From assembly GCA_964016885.1 (NCBI GenBank), contig OZ024762.1, positions 8,556,001-8,620,000 on the forward strand: 64,000 bases of DNA, in the 5' to 3' direction. Source of the stretch: Eledone cirrhosa. Taxonomy: Eukaryota. A program made the position numbers and the translations under genes. The stretch's first letter is position 1. Every line of letters begins with the position of its first letter. A model generated the notes under the pieces. That model saw only the letters and a program-made list of their open reading frames with translations, did not search any database and was not told the DNA's origin. Below are positions 24,343 through 35,354 of this stretch, piece after piece.

Positions 24343-24594
24343 AGATCAAAAGATGGTTAAATGAGTTCCGTGTATTTTATTATGCACATTTCACTTGTGG
24401 ATAGTGCAGTTTTAAATCAACATATATGTTGATTTAAAACTGCACTATCCACAAGTGTTTTTAACCTTCATATCATGTCTTCCTATTTTATCTGATGAAA
24501 ACACAAATGTTATTGCATGATGGTATTTGTTTTTGAAATGCGCATAATAAAATACATGGAACTCATTTAACCATCTTTTGATCTTATATATTAT
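24332..24594. mobile_element. Fold-back element carrying the hammerhead (Penelope-like pLTR relic), next to a (TA)n tract
   Basis: About 60-bp inverted arms (24332-24393 vs 24534-24594) enclosing a perfect 66-bp palindrome (24392-24457) and the 5' half of the ribozyme. Confidence 0.7.
24484..24554 (+). ncRNA. Type I hammerhead ribozyme motif with intact core, in transaldolase intron 8
   Basis: Stem I TATTTTAT (24484-91) / ATAAAATA (24547-54); core CTGATGA (24492-98); stem II AAACACAAAT/ATTTGTTTTT; GAAA (24535-38); palindromic stem III ATGCGCAT; AUA cleavage triplet, cut predicted after 24546. Confidence 0.8.
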
Positions 24595-24704
24595 GTATAC
24601 TCCAGTTCTACAAACTGTAGAGTGCTTCTTATCCGATATCTGCATTGCTTTATTGTACTACAATAAAACTCACCTCCTACATATATATATATATATATAT
24701 ATAA

Positions 24705-24995
24705 GACATGGCTTAGTGGTTAGAGCAATGGGCTTACAATCAGGAGGTGTGAGTTTGATTCTCAGACCAGGTGATGCGTTGTCCTTGAGCAAGACACTTT
24801 ATTTCACATTGCTCCAGTTTACTCAACTGTAGAAATGAGTTGCAATGTCATAGTGGATAACATCGGTGGCGTGGAGACTGGTATGCATGGGCGACTGTTG
24901 GTCTTCCACAAAACATTTCCTGGACTTGTGCCTTGGAGGGGAACTTTTTAGGTGCAAATCCCATGAGCATTCGTGAGTGAAGGTGGTCTTTACCC
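24705..24995 (+). mobile_element. Second tRNA-derived SINE family
   Basis: A-box TGGCTTAGTGG, degenerate B-box GAGTTTGATTC, CORE-like TGTCCTTGAGCAAGACACTT. Confidence 0.7.
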
Positions 24996-25137
24996 TATCT
25001 ATATACATATACGGTGATTTATTGTTGATGGTACCAATATGAACACTTGTATATATTTGGTATGGCAATAAAGTCTTTAGAATAACCCTTTAAATGAAAT
25101 TGCACAACAAACTGAAACTAAAATTTATTTATTCTGC

Positions 25138-25352
25138 AAAACATAATCTCCATTGAATGCAATAACATCTTTACAGTGTTTATGCAAAGCATTTAACTCT
25201 TTCTGGAACCGTTCCTTTGGCAATTGTCTAAACCAGCGCAACGATTCATCTACCACCTCTTCTAATGAAGCGAAAACAGATTTTCAAAGAGTTGCTTTAA
25301 TAACTTTAACACCCAACTATCACACAAATTTAAGTCGGGACTATAGGGTGAT
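25138..25352 (-). mobile_element. Decayed Tc1/mariner transposase C-terminus
   Basis: Minus-strand translation gives PYSPDLNLCD and FASLEEVVDESLRWFRQLPKERFQKELNALHKHCKDVIAFNGDYV, typical of mariner transposase C-termini. Confidence 0.75.
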
Positions 25353-25683
25353 TTTTTGATCATTGCCACTCTTCTCCTCTGGAAAAAATCTTTTGTGGAT
25401 TGAACAGTTCGATGCGTGTATTATAAATTCACAAGAATGACAGCAAAATAATTATGCATAGGCCTGTGACAAAATACAGTATTGATATAGAATATCACAT
25501 GTGCACAACAAAGTTCAAATTCCACCTATTATTAATTACATTTACTGCTATATACAGCATACAGCCTACTATTGTAAAGATTTTATTGCTACGCTAAGTA
25601 TTAAGAAAAAGCGATGAAGTCTGTTACATATGTATATATAGTTTCATTGATTTTCAGTTGGTTTCTTTTATAAATTATTTCAG

Positions 25684-25841
25684 CTGATGCCATGGATTTG
25701 GAGAAAGTGTCAGTAGATGAGAAAAAATTCCGTTTTATGATGAATGAAGATGAAATGGCTACAGACAAACTTGCTGATGGTATTAGACGTTTCTCTGCTG
25801 ATGCTAGGAAATTGGAAAATATTCTTCAAGACAATATGTAG
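25684..25841 (+). CDS. TALDO1: Transaldolase exon 9, terminal ([52 protein letters not shown])
   Basis: NEDxMAxxKLxDGIRxF motif; tttcag| acceptor; stop TAG at 25839-25841; exon lengths sum to 990 nt (329 aa). Confidence 0.96.
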
Positions 25842-25916
25842 TCGAAAGAATTCCTTCATAAAGAAACACAATGATGTCAAATATTTTTCTGTCTTTAAAT
25901 TCTTGAATTTTAAAAT

Positions 25917-25959
25917 AATAAAACAAACAAAAGTATAACAATTTTGAAGCTAAAATAAA
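25917..25959 (+). terminator. Candidate polyadenylation signals of transaldolase
   Basis: AATAAA at 25917 and 25954, followed by a U/GU-rich tract near 26000-26020. Confidence 0.5.
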
Positions 25960-26759
25960 AGAAATATTAAAATTTATTGAAAAAAATTTTTTAAAGAAAT
26001 TGTTTTCGGTGTTGGTTTGATGTACAGTGGGAGTCATAAATAACTGGGCAGCCCAATATTTATATTCCAAATGGTATTTGCTAAAATTCTAGTCATTACA
26101 GTATGAAATTATAAATACTTGAAACAAAATTAGTTAAAAAAATTTATATAAGTAACCCTTTAGCATTTAAACCGGCAGTATCCGGCAAGAATTCTCTCAC
26201 CTCTTTCTTTTCAAACTGGCTGTAATCGGCTGCTCATACTGATGTTAAGGTATTGTTCTCAAAATAAATATCAAAATCTCATAGATCAATATTATATGAG
26301 ATAATTATGTAAGGTAAAGACTTGACTGTGAAAATTTAATAGTAAATATAATGAAAATGCTGAAGGGTTAAAGTAAGTGTTCAAAATCTGACCCCATTCC
26401 TCAATACATCCTTGAAGCTGATGTTCAAAAAGTTATCTGTGAACCTTGCAATAAAAATGCATTCACTGCCCAGTTACTTATGACTCACCCTCTATTTTAT
26501 TAAATTTGTGAAGCTGTGAATAAACTTTGAAAAAAATGCTTGTATGGTCAATTCCAGCCGAGGCTGCTAAATTAAAATACCAGTGTTGTGGCTGGGTTAA
26601 TTTATCTATACTTGTGTATGTATGCGCGGGGACTTGGAAATACTTGTTTTGGTGCCCCGAGTGCGAGGTTAGCCCACTAGAAGAGAGAGACAGTGGCCGG
26701 GTTAATTTATATGCTTGTGTGTGTATGTATGCGCAAGGACTTGGAAACATGATGTAGGC

Positions 26760-26945
26760 TGAAGACTACAGTATCTTGATAATAGAAAACTATGGTACCT
26801 TGATCGTAAAAGACTGTGATACCCTGATAATCGAAGATTGTGGTACCCTGATATTAGAAGACTGTGGTACCTTGATATTAGAAAACTGGTACCTTGTTAA
26901 TAGGTGGTGGTTTCATGATCTTAGAAAACAGTGGTACCTTGATCA
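26760..26945. repeat. 24-bp minisatellite
   Basis: AGACTGTGGTACCTTGATATTAGA-like units. Confidence 0.8.
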
Positions 26946-27014
26946 TTTTTACGCCTTGTTTCCATCCAACTATCTTATCTTCCCCTGTCGAGTTGTCTTA
27001 AAACATCTTTCCTT

Positions 27015-27366
27015 CATTTGTTTGTCAGGTGTTACAGTAAATATCTCATATTTCTTCCCAGTTTGTCCGGTGTAACCCTACATATTTCACCTTTCTATCC
27101 CAGTTTATCAGGTATTAAATAAAGTACATATCTCACTTTTCTCCCTGGTTGTCAGGTGTTAGTTACATATCTCACCTGTCCTCCCTGTTTGTCAGGTGTA
27201 ACACGACATATCTCACCTGTCCTCCCTGTTTGTCAGGTGTTACACTACATATCTCACCGTTCTCCCTGTTTTGTCAGGTGTTACACTACATATCTCACCT
27301 GTCTTCCTCAGTTTGTCAGGTGTTACACTACATATCTCACCTTTCTCCCTGTTTGTCAGGTGTTAA
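27015..27366. repeat. About 41-bp minisatellite
   Basis: GTTTGTCAGGTGTTACACTACATATCTCACCTGTCCTCCCT repeated about 8 times. Confidence 0.85.
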
Positions 27367-29178
27367 AGTAATCCCCAGAACCAAAGATGAGGTCCAGATA
27401 CAATTCCATTGACCCAAAATGGCCAGTTTTGTGACCAGTACTTTATTGATATTACCTGTAAAGATTCTACTCTTGAAACCCCGAAATACAACTTGCTGCC
27501 ATTTATTCCAGTTGAGAAGATTCTAGTGAAACACAAGGTTCTCTCTACAGAATCCCTCCATGCCATCACCACAGAAATCTCTGTGCCTTCAATATGAGAG
27601 ATGCCGCTGTTCAGACGTCTTTGGTAAACAGAGCATTTTATCTTTACTCTTCTTTGTTTTATCTTTTACTTGTTCCAGCCATCCCTATTTTTAAAAAGAT
27701 TTTTCTACTACTACTGTTACCACTATCCCCACTACTGTTACTACTACAACAACAACATCGTACACGGTATATTTTCCTGTTTCTTAGTAAATGAAAATCA
27801 GAAGTAAGTTTAGGTTATTATATGTACGAGGGTCGGCGACCAAGATACTCTCATGGAATGACCAAATGAGGTTTATTTTTCAATATATTCCAAAGAAGAA
27901 AAGTTGAAATTAATACATGCAAAAATTCACAGCTCTAGCTAGCATCACCCCTTCATAGTCAGACGACCCTCGTTTGTACAGGCTCGAGAGAAGAACGTTT
28001 ATATAAATGTAGCTTAGTGTGTGTTTAGAGAAAATTTAGTTTTGTTTGAGGTAAATATTTATATATAACGGTAACTATGTAAATCTAGAGGTTTAATTCC
28101 TTAGAAGAGGTGTATATATAAATGTAGCTTTAGTGTGTAGAAAGAAGATCTAGTGTTTATTAGACAAAGTAAGTATATATATATATATATATATAACGTA
28201 TACAATGTCTTGCAGTATTCGTTTCAGCTCCTTGAATTCAAATCCCACCGAGGCCAACTTTGCCTTTCATCCATTCGAGGTCAATACTTTCTCTATACTT
28301 CTCTGGAAGAAATCTACTGTATTCCTTTTATGGAATTCTTTTTTTTTTTGTGTGTGTGTGTTGTCATTTCTCGTTATTGAATTAAAACGGTGACATCATT
28401 CGATTTACACCGGTACTTTGATTTCTAACACACAGATACTATTGAGACACAAAAATACTTTTTTCTATATACAAGAAGACACGGCACCGTGTTTGATATA
28501 AGTAAATAATTAAACAATTAATTCCATCCCACACCACCCTGTAATCTGAACATCAAATTACCGTGGTGGGGAGAGGGGTTAAGGTAAAGCAAGGGTAAAA
28601 TGAAATTATTACACCGGTATCATAATTAGTATGGCACCGCTATTTTTTCAAAGTGCTTTCGCTTCTTTATTTAATAGAACTGTGTCTTATTAATTAAAAA
28701 CCACTCAGACATTCTCCGGTCTCTCACCCTCAGATGTTCTGTCTTCTACAACACCTTTTAAAACAATAAAAGGTGCATTCAACGATATAGTTGTGGGTAC
28801 CCAAATACTCATATAGACGCAGGATGGTCACAGCAGGAATTCCATCGATTACACACATGTCGGGTCATCTTATCTTGCTCGTTCAAGACCTGTGATTAAA
28901 AGTAAACAACAGCAGCATGTCTCTACGTGTTCGCTCCACTTGCTAGAAATAACAGCCATGTTTCCTAAGAATTACGAAGATGACTTAGCTGTGACACATG
29001 TAAATGTAATCTTTTATATTTTATTTGTGTAGGAAGAGATTAACAATGTTTTTACTATTGATTACGTCTAGGTCTTAGTATATGTAAATATATGTCTTGA
29101 TCGTTCAGGTCTGACCTGTGAATGAAAGTAAACAACAGCTGCCTTATATATATTCATACATCCACATATACATGTATC

Positions 29179-29209
<31 letters not shown>

Positions 29210-29726
29210 ATATATGAGCGTCCGAAACGTTAAGACCCTCTTCCTGCATTTTCAAGCGTTAAACTACATTCTTTCCATATACTGTACCGATTGTATTGTT
29301 ATTTCTGTTTACTTTTTACATATATGTATACATACGAAATTCTTAGACGGGGGACATAATTAAGTTATATACCGGTATTTTGAAAACAATGCTGTCTGGA
29401 CAAAAGAACAGTTCCCATAGCCAGAATAGGTCCTCTGAGAACCGACTTATGTATATAGAATCAATGAGATTCTAGCGTTGACCAACACCTGTATATATAA
29501 CTATCTAAAACTACATCTTTGAATGTGTCCTTCATTGTTTTAAAACTTGGCGAACGATAAATATCTGACTGCTATTTCTAGCAGGTTGGGCAATAATTGT
29601 AATATGACTTTTGTGTGAATATCTAGTAAGTAGTATATTCTCTTCAAAATCTTTCTTATTTGTGTAATTAACGTTGTTGGGGCTTGTTTAAGAGGTCAGT
29701 CGCCGTCTGGCCTGACCCAGCGGAAG

Positions 29727-30030
29727 TACGAAGGTTGGCTGACTATGAACGACTGATGCTAGAGCTGTGAAATCTTGCATGCATTAATTTCATCTCTTCT
29801 TACTAATAACTGCATTGTTTCTTTCCAAATAAACTGACATCTGACCGTTCAAAGAAGACTTCAAATGTAACTAGTAGTGACTTCTCTTGAAAATAGACAA
29901 AATTTGGCATCGTGTTATTATCAAGTACCTGCAGAAAAAGAGTTTAGCCCCCAAGGACATTCGTGCTTACATGGTTGCTACATTAGATGTTTACGCTCCA
30001 ACTTTATCAACAGTGCAAAAGTGGGCAGCT
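29727..30030 (+). mobile_element. Mariner 5' end and transposase N-terminal HTH relic (related MITEs at ~27825-27975, 31600-31730, 42950-43085)
   Basis: IDKIWHRVIIKYLQKKSLAPKDIRAYMVATLDVYAPTLSTVQKWAA resembles the mariner HTH region; TACGAAGG/TACGAGGG-type terminus. Confidence 0.75.
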
Positions 30031-33000
30031 TACATTCAACAGGTTCTGGTCCTCACTGACACTCCCCAGCCCATAAATATGCTGTTCCCTCTCTGCCTAT
30101 TCTATCTCTACTACTATAGTCCCTACATCTCAGAGTTTGGTGGTCTCTACTGAAACACTCTTGACTCACTTGTCAGCTATGTTGAAAGATTTGCTAGTTT
30201 ATTCACCCCTGAGTTATATAGTCATTACATTGACGACATCCAACTTTGTTTTCTTCAAACCCACCATATCTTAATTCCTCCACCTTTGTAGCCAAAACAT
30301 TGGTTAGGCTTTTCCCTCGCCATGGATACCTTTCTACCCTGTTCCAAGCTACCCTTACCAATGTCTGTGGAGTCAATCACCCTACCACTCTTCCTCCTTC
30401 ACATGACAATCACCTTATGTATTGCCTTCTGTTTTTTTTCCCTTTCAAAGAACCCACAACCATAGGAATCTCCTGCAGTTCCTTAAAAAGTTTTGGCGTA
30501 AACTTCCTTTGAGATGTAACTTTGCAGGAGGTCTGTGTATATATATATCTAGGCGGGTAAAATTCTAGAGAGCCATGGACAAGTTCTCTCCAGCAGTCTC
30601 TGTCCTTCATCATCGCTGCTATGGCCCACATCTCCCAGTGTCTGTCCTTAGGACATCAACATATATGTCATCCACTTCCAGTGTGCCCGTGTAGGGGCTC
30701 CTACAGGACCACAGCCCAGAACACCAAAGAGATCAGACAGCTGTTCGAGGAACTGGATATTAAGTCAGGACCCTTCACCAGAGATAAGTTTCAGGGAGCC
30801 AAGAAGGGCAAGGCCCATGGAGTGGCATTAGAAGTGTGATTTTGATATCATGCTGGAGTTCTGTAACCAGGCACTGGAGAAAGGAGTTGCCATGGATCAG
30901 TAACATTGTCTCAGTATCAAAGAAAGGAGATCTTCTGAAGGTTTCCTTTTCTGTCTTCTTTAGATGAAACAGAACTATTGGGGTCATCCCCCTTCACCAA
31001 TGAATCAAGAACATCTTAAGGTTGTACATGAGTTGGCAGAGTATTTCGGTTGCTCCACCGATTGGAATCATAGTCTTAAGATTACCAAAATTGATACTAA
31101 TTACTATTTTGATTTTCATATACAGATCTGTCTAAGGCTAAGTATATTTACTTACATATTAATTGTTCTGAATAGATCCATCGGTCCTCTCCATTCTCCT
31201 CTATGGAGCAGAATCGTGGCCCCTCAGAAAGACGATTGACAGCTTCGATAGCAGAGCCCTGAGGACCATCAAAAACATCAGATGGGACCACCACGTTTCC
31301 AACAAAGTGCACACATCAGCCCACTGGTACAGACATGTCCTCCACCAGATGGCTGGATATCATCAGGGAAGATCTCCAGAGGCTCAACATCACCTTGGAG
31401 GATGCAGAGGAGCTGACGAACCTGGTCGGCTCTACCCATGACGATGCTTTGGGATTGCTGGCTTAGGATGACCCCGGCTTTGTTGAGCAAGAACAGATGT
31501 TCAAAATACTAAGAGTTTCTCAAGGAAGATGGAAGTAGTATTTTCCTGTGGAGATAGGTTTAGTTCCGTTTCTTAGTAAAAAAGAGAATAACAAGAGGGC
31601 CGGCTGACCAAATGGAAAGAAACAATGCAGTTATCAATAAGGAGAGTTGAAATTAATGCATGCCAGATTTCACAGTTCTAGCATCATTCCTTCATAGTCA
31701 GTCTATGAGCTTTTCAGACAACCCTCGTTTGTACAGGGTTTAGAGAAGAACGTTTATATAAATGTATCTTTGTGTGTGTGTCTAGAGTGGATTTAGTTTT
31801 GTTTATTAGACAAAGTATGTATATATGAATGTAACAGATAGAATGCCTTCATTTAAACCCTGCCAAAGTCAACTTTGTCTTTCATCCATTCGAGGTCGAT
31901 AAAAAAAAGTACCAGGGTTGATTCTTCCTCTATGAAATCTGCTCCGCCAGGTTTTAAAAAGTGCCCTAGAAAAACTGATCATCATACTAGGCAAGATCTC
32001 TGGAGTATGCACGAGACAGCTGGTAGACCTGGTCGGCTCGAGCAAGAAGAATAGATGTCTAAAATACTAGAAGTTTCTCAGTCAATATACTCGAATATAA
32101 GGTGTCCCCCTTCCCTATTTTATGTCCGAGAAACCTTATTTACGTAGAATTTGAAGTCGGCGAAAATCGTCAAACTATTGACTCTCTATATAAGTCAACC
32201 TCTTTCTGCTATCGATTTTGGGGTTACATATTCGTGTATATCCCGTTATATATGTACAAAATACTAGTAGTTCTTTAATGGTTATATATTCTGTTATATA
32301 TAGAAACGGAAAGACAGCGAGATAACACTCGGAATATGTCGTGTTATCTCGCTTTCTTTCCGTTTCTTTTTTTTAAAAAAAAAGAAAGAAAATGTTAGCT
32401 ATAAATATGCCTATTTGACTCTGTAGAATTGCGGCTTGTGCGTGGCGCTACACGTAGCGTTTCTGGCTTCGCTGTCGTATTTCGGTATGGCATGACCACT
32501 CGATCGTGTCTGAAGTTCGAATCGTTGCGGGGGTCGGCCGGGACCACAGCAGGCTGGCTTTATGCTGGCCTGCTCTCCCACTCGCATGAGTTTTTGCCAA
32601 ACAATTTGACGAGAGTTATCTCCCCTTAATTTGAATTATTTGCCCTTTGTTTACATTGAACTACTTCCGGTTTGTGGAACTCTTCTTACTTTGTTGTCAT
32701 TTCTTTTCAGTGTATTGAAGCGGTAACATCATTCTACTTACTCTGGGACTATTAACGATACCGGTTTGGATTTTACGTTCGTGTAAAGAGGTTTGTAAAG
32801 TTTTATTCACATTCACGAATATTATTGAGACACAAAAATACATTTCACTATCTTGGAAATATACATATATTTAATTCTTCAATATAAATACATTCTTGTA
32901 GTGTTTTAGTTGCCATGTCTTTTAAATTTATTCTAAACACTCTTCACAGAACTAAACCTCCTTCCGAGAAACAAAACAAATAATATATACACGCAGCTAC

Positions 33001-33324
33001 CTCTTCTAACTAAACATACATGTTACTTTCCTCTCTATACCTTATACCATCGTAATTTCTACGTCGAGTTACCTCGGCATCACCACCTTTACTCCAACTC
33101 AGCATTCTCTCTTGCACACATCATATCAACTATATATTTATATTATAATCGTATCTCTATTACACCTTCTCTGTATATACTTACTTAGAAGAAAGGTATA
33201 TCTCCTCATTATACACAGTATCCGGAGCTATATAAGAAACTGTAGTATATAGAATACAGACCCTCTCTCTATACATAAACACACTTACTTCGAAGTATCG
33301 TATATATGCAGCATCTACATACAC

Positions 33325-34295
33325 AATTTTGTGGGTGTTTACCAAGTCAGTTGCCAGGCGTCGGAGCTTCAATGAATCCATGCCCAGGGAAGCAAGGCGC
33401 TCAGAGTATGGTAGATGCCTGATGGAGGGTATTCGCTTGGTTGCACGTCTCTGAACAGTTTCCAGGCGGTCAATGTCCTGAGCAAGATAGGGATTCCAGA
33501 CTGGTGATGCAAATTCTAAGTGTGGTCGCACCATAGCTGTATACAGCCTTAAATAGATATCTGGAGAGCGGCTGACAAAGGTCTTGCTGTGTGACGCTAA
33601 GACACCCTCGGCCCTCTTGACAATTTTAGAGACGTGCCTCGTCCAACGCAAATCGCTGCTGACCGTAATGCCCAGGTCACGTTCACAGGAAGACTTCTTG
33701 ATATTAGTGCTGTGGAGGGAGTATGTGGACGCTGGGTTTTTACTCCCAAAATGCATGGTGGTGCACTTGTCCACAGCTAGCTTGAGTTGCCAGTCTGAGA
33801 TCCATTGTTGTATTGTGTCCAGGTCAGACTGCAAGCAAGATCTATAGTGTTCAGGATCTGTCCTTTTTATCTCAAGGTACAGCTTGATGTCGTCTGCATA
33901 CTTTAGTACTGTGGCATTCCTTAAGTTGGCATCTATGTCATTAATATATGCCACAGACAAAAGGGGGCCAAGAACAGATCCCTGTGGTACACCAGATGAC
34001 ATCTCATATGATGAGGAATGCTGTCCCAGAACTGTGACTACCTCTCTTCGACTGAGAATGAAGGACTTCAACCAGTTAAAAAGATCATCCTTCACACCCA
34101 TTGCAAAGAGTTTTGCCATAAGCCTTTTGTGTGGCACAGAATTGAAGGCCTTCCTTCACAAAGTCAAGGTAAACAACATCCACCCATGAGCCGCCATCAG
34201 TGATCCGGGTGATGTCCTCAAGAAACTCTATAAGTTGATCACAGCAGCTGGAGTTGGGGATAAATCCAAATTGCGAGGGCCGGATAAGAAACTGT
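33325..34295 (-). mobile_element. Truncated CR1/L2-group LINE reverse transcriptase
   Basis: Motifs QFGF, VDVVYLDF, KAFNSVPH, GVPQGSVLGPLL, YADDIKL, ERDLG, VRPHLEFASPVWNPY, VQRRATK; frameshift near 34155; both ends truncated. Confidence 0.9.
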
Positions 34296-35354
34296 ATTTC
34301 ACATCCCTATACCCACTCTCCTAAGAAACTAAACTGTTCATGATAAAGAGGTTTAATTTCTGCCTCTAGAAAAGTATTGGTGTTAGAGCTGTGTAATCTG
34401 GATTGTTTTTATTAATACCCTCTGCTTCTTTCCAGGTATGTTGAAGATCTCCGCCAGCTCAACTTAGTGTGTAAATACACACAGTCGTCTCAAGAAATAA
34501 AATAACTCCAACAACAAAATGTAGTTTATTTATTGATCTTTATTTCACATTTTCGTTTCTTATATATATACACAGGTAGTATCTTACATGTAGATCGTTT
34601 AACTTTCATTCCTATTAAATATATAGGAATTAACAGCTGTGTATATATAACTAGTGGATTGTTAAACACATGCCTAGAGATAAAAAGGTATTAACATGCG
34701 AGAGAATTCAATTATTATGTAATTGGTGAGAAACATCCTTCTTGAAAGAAGTGTATATATTGAATAGATTAATTAATGTGTATGTACACTATAGAATCTC
34801 AGTAAGAAACATCCTTCTTACTGAAAGTAAGTGTGGTGCTATAGAAAAGTTTCTTTGAGAATGGAAACTGTATATATATATATATAATACAGTAATCCTA
34901 GCAAGTTTATTTCTCTCTGTGTATATAGGTATTCTATATCTCCTGTAAGGTTATAATATCTATATCTCTCTCATACCTACCAGTAGGTATAGGGGTATTA
35001 ATAAAGAAAATTCATATTATAAACATTTATAATGTGTATATATACAGTATTCTAGTAAGTTTATTTCCTTCTGTATATAGAATAAATTTGTATTCTATAT
35101 CTCTCCCAGTATGTATATAGGAATAGAAGTATGAATTCAGTTCGAAACATCTTTCATGAAAGTAATGTATATAATGCAGTATTATAGTGAGGCCATTTCT
35201 TTCTGTCTGTATACATATGCCTAGAGATAGAAGGGTGTTAATATGTATGGATTCTATAGAAGTAAGTGTATATATACACATGGTTTTAAGGTAAAAGTTT
35301 CCTATAGAATACGCATACTTATCTCTATCTAGAGAAAAAAGTTCAACTCCCTAG

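Noticed and set aside
24705-24780. tRNA gene
   Set aside because: A-box present but B-box and cloverleaf are degenerate, and it continues into a SINE body.
30060-31500. Short ORFs as host exons
   Set aside because: Fragments resemble heavily decayed non-LTR RT sequence (e.g. KKGDL, WRELV) with no consistent splice structure; too degraded to classify.
32302-32367. Pre-miRNA-like 66-nt hairpin (mirror ~41819-41884)
   Set aside because: The stem is almost perfect and low-complexity and the loop resembles a decayed GAAA..GUC hammerhead half, so a fold-back relic is more likely; small-RNA data would be needed to call a miRNA.
32429-32629. Duplicated 66-aa ORF (MRLVRG...) as a protein gene
   Set aside because: Starts at TTG, not ATG, has no recognisable domain, and its conservation is explained by the inverted duplication.
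33181-34137. 318-aa ORF as an active RT gene
   Set aside because: No endonuclease or ORF1, an upstream frameshift, and the C-terminal ~48 aa run into unrelated flank; a truncated LINE relic.
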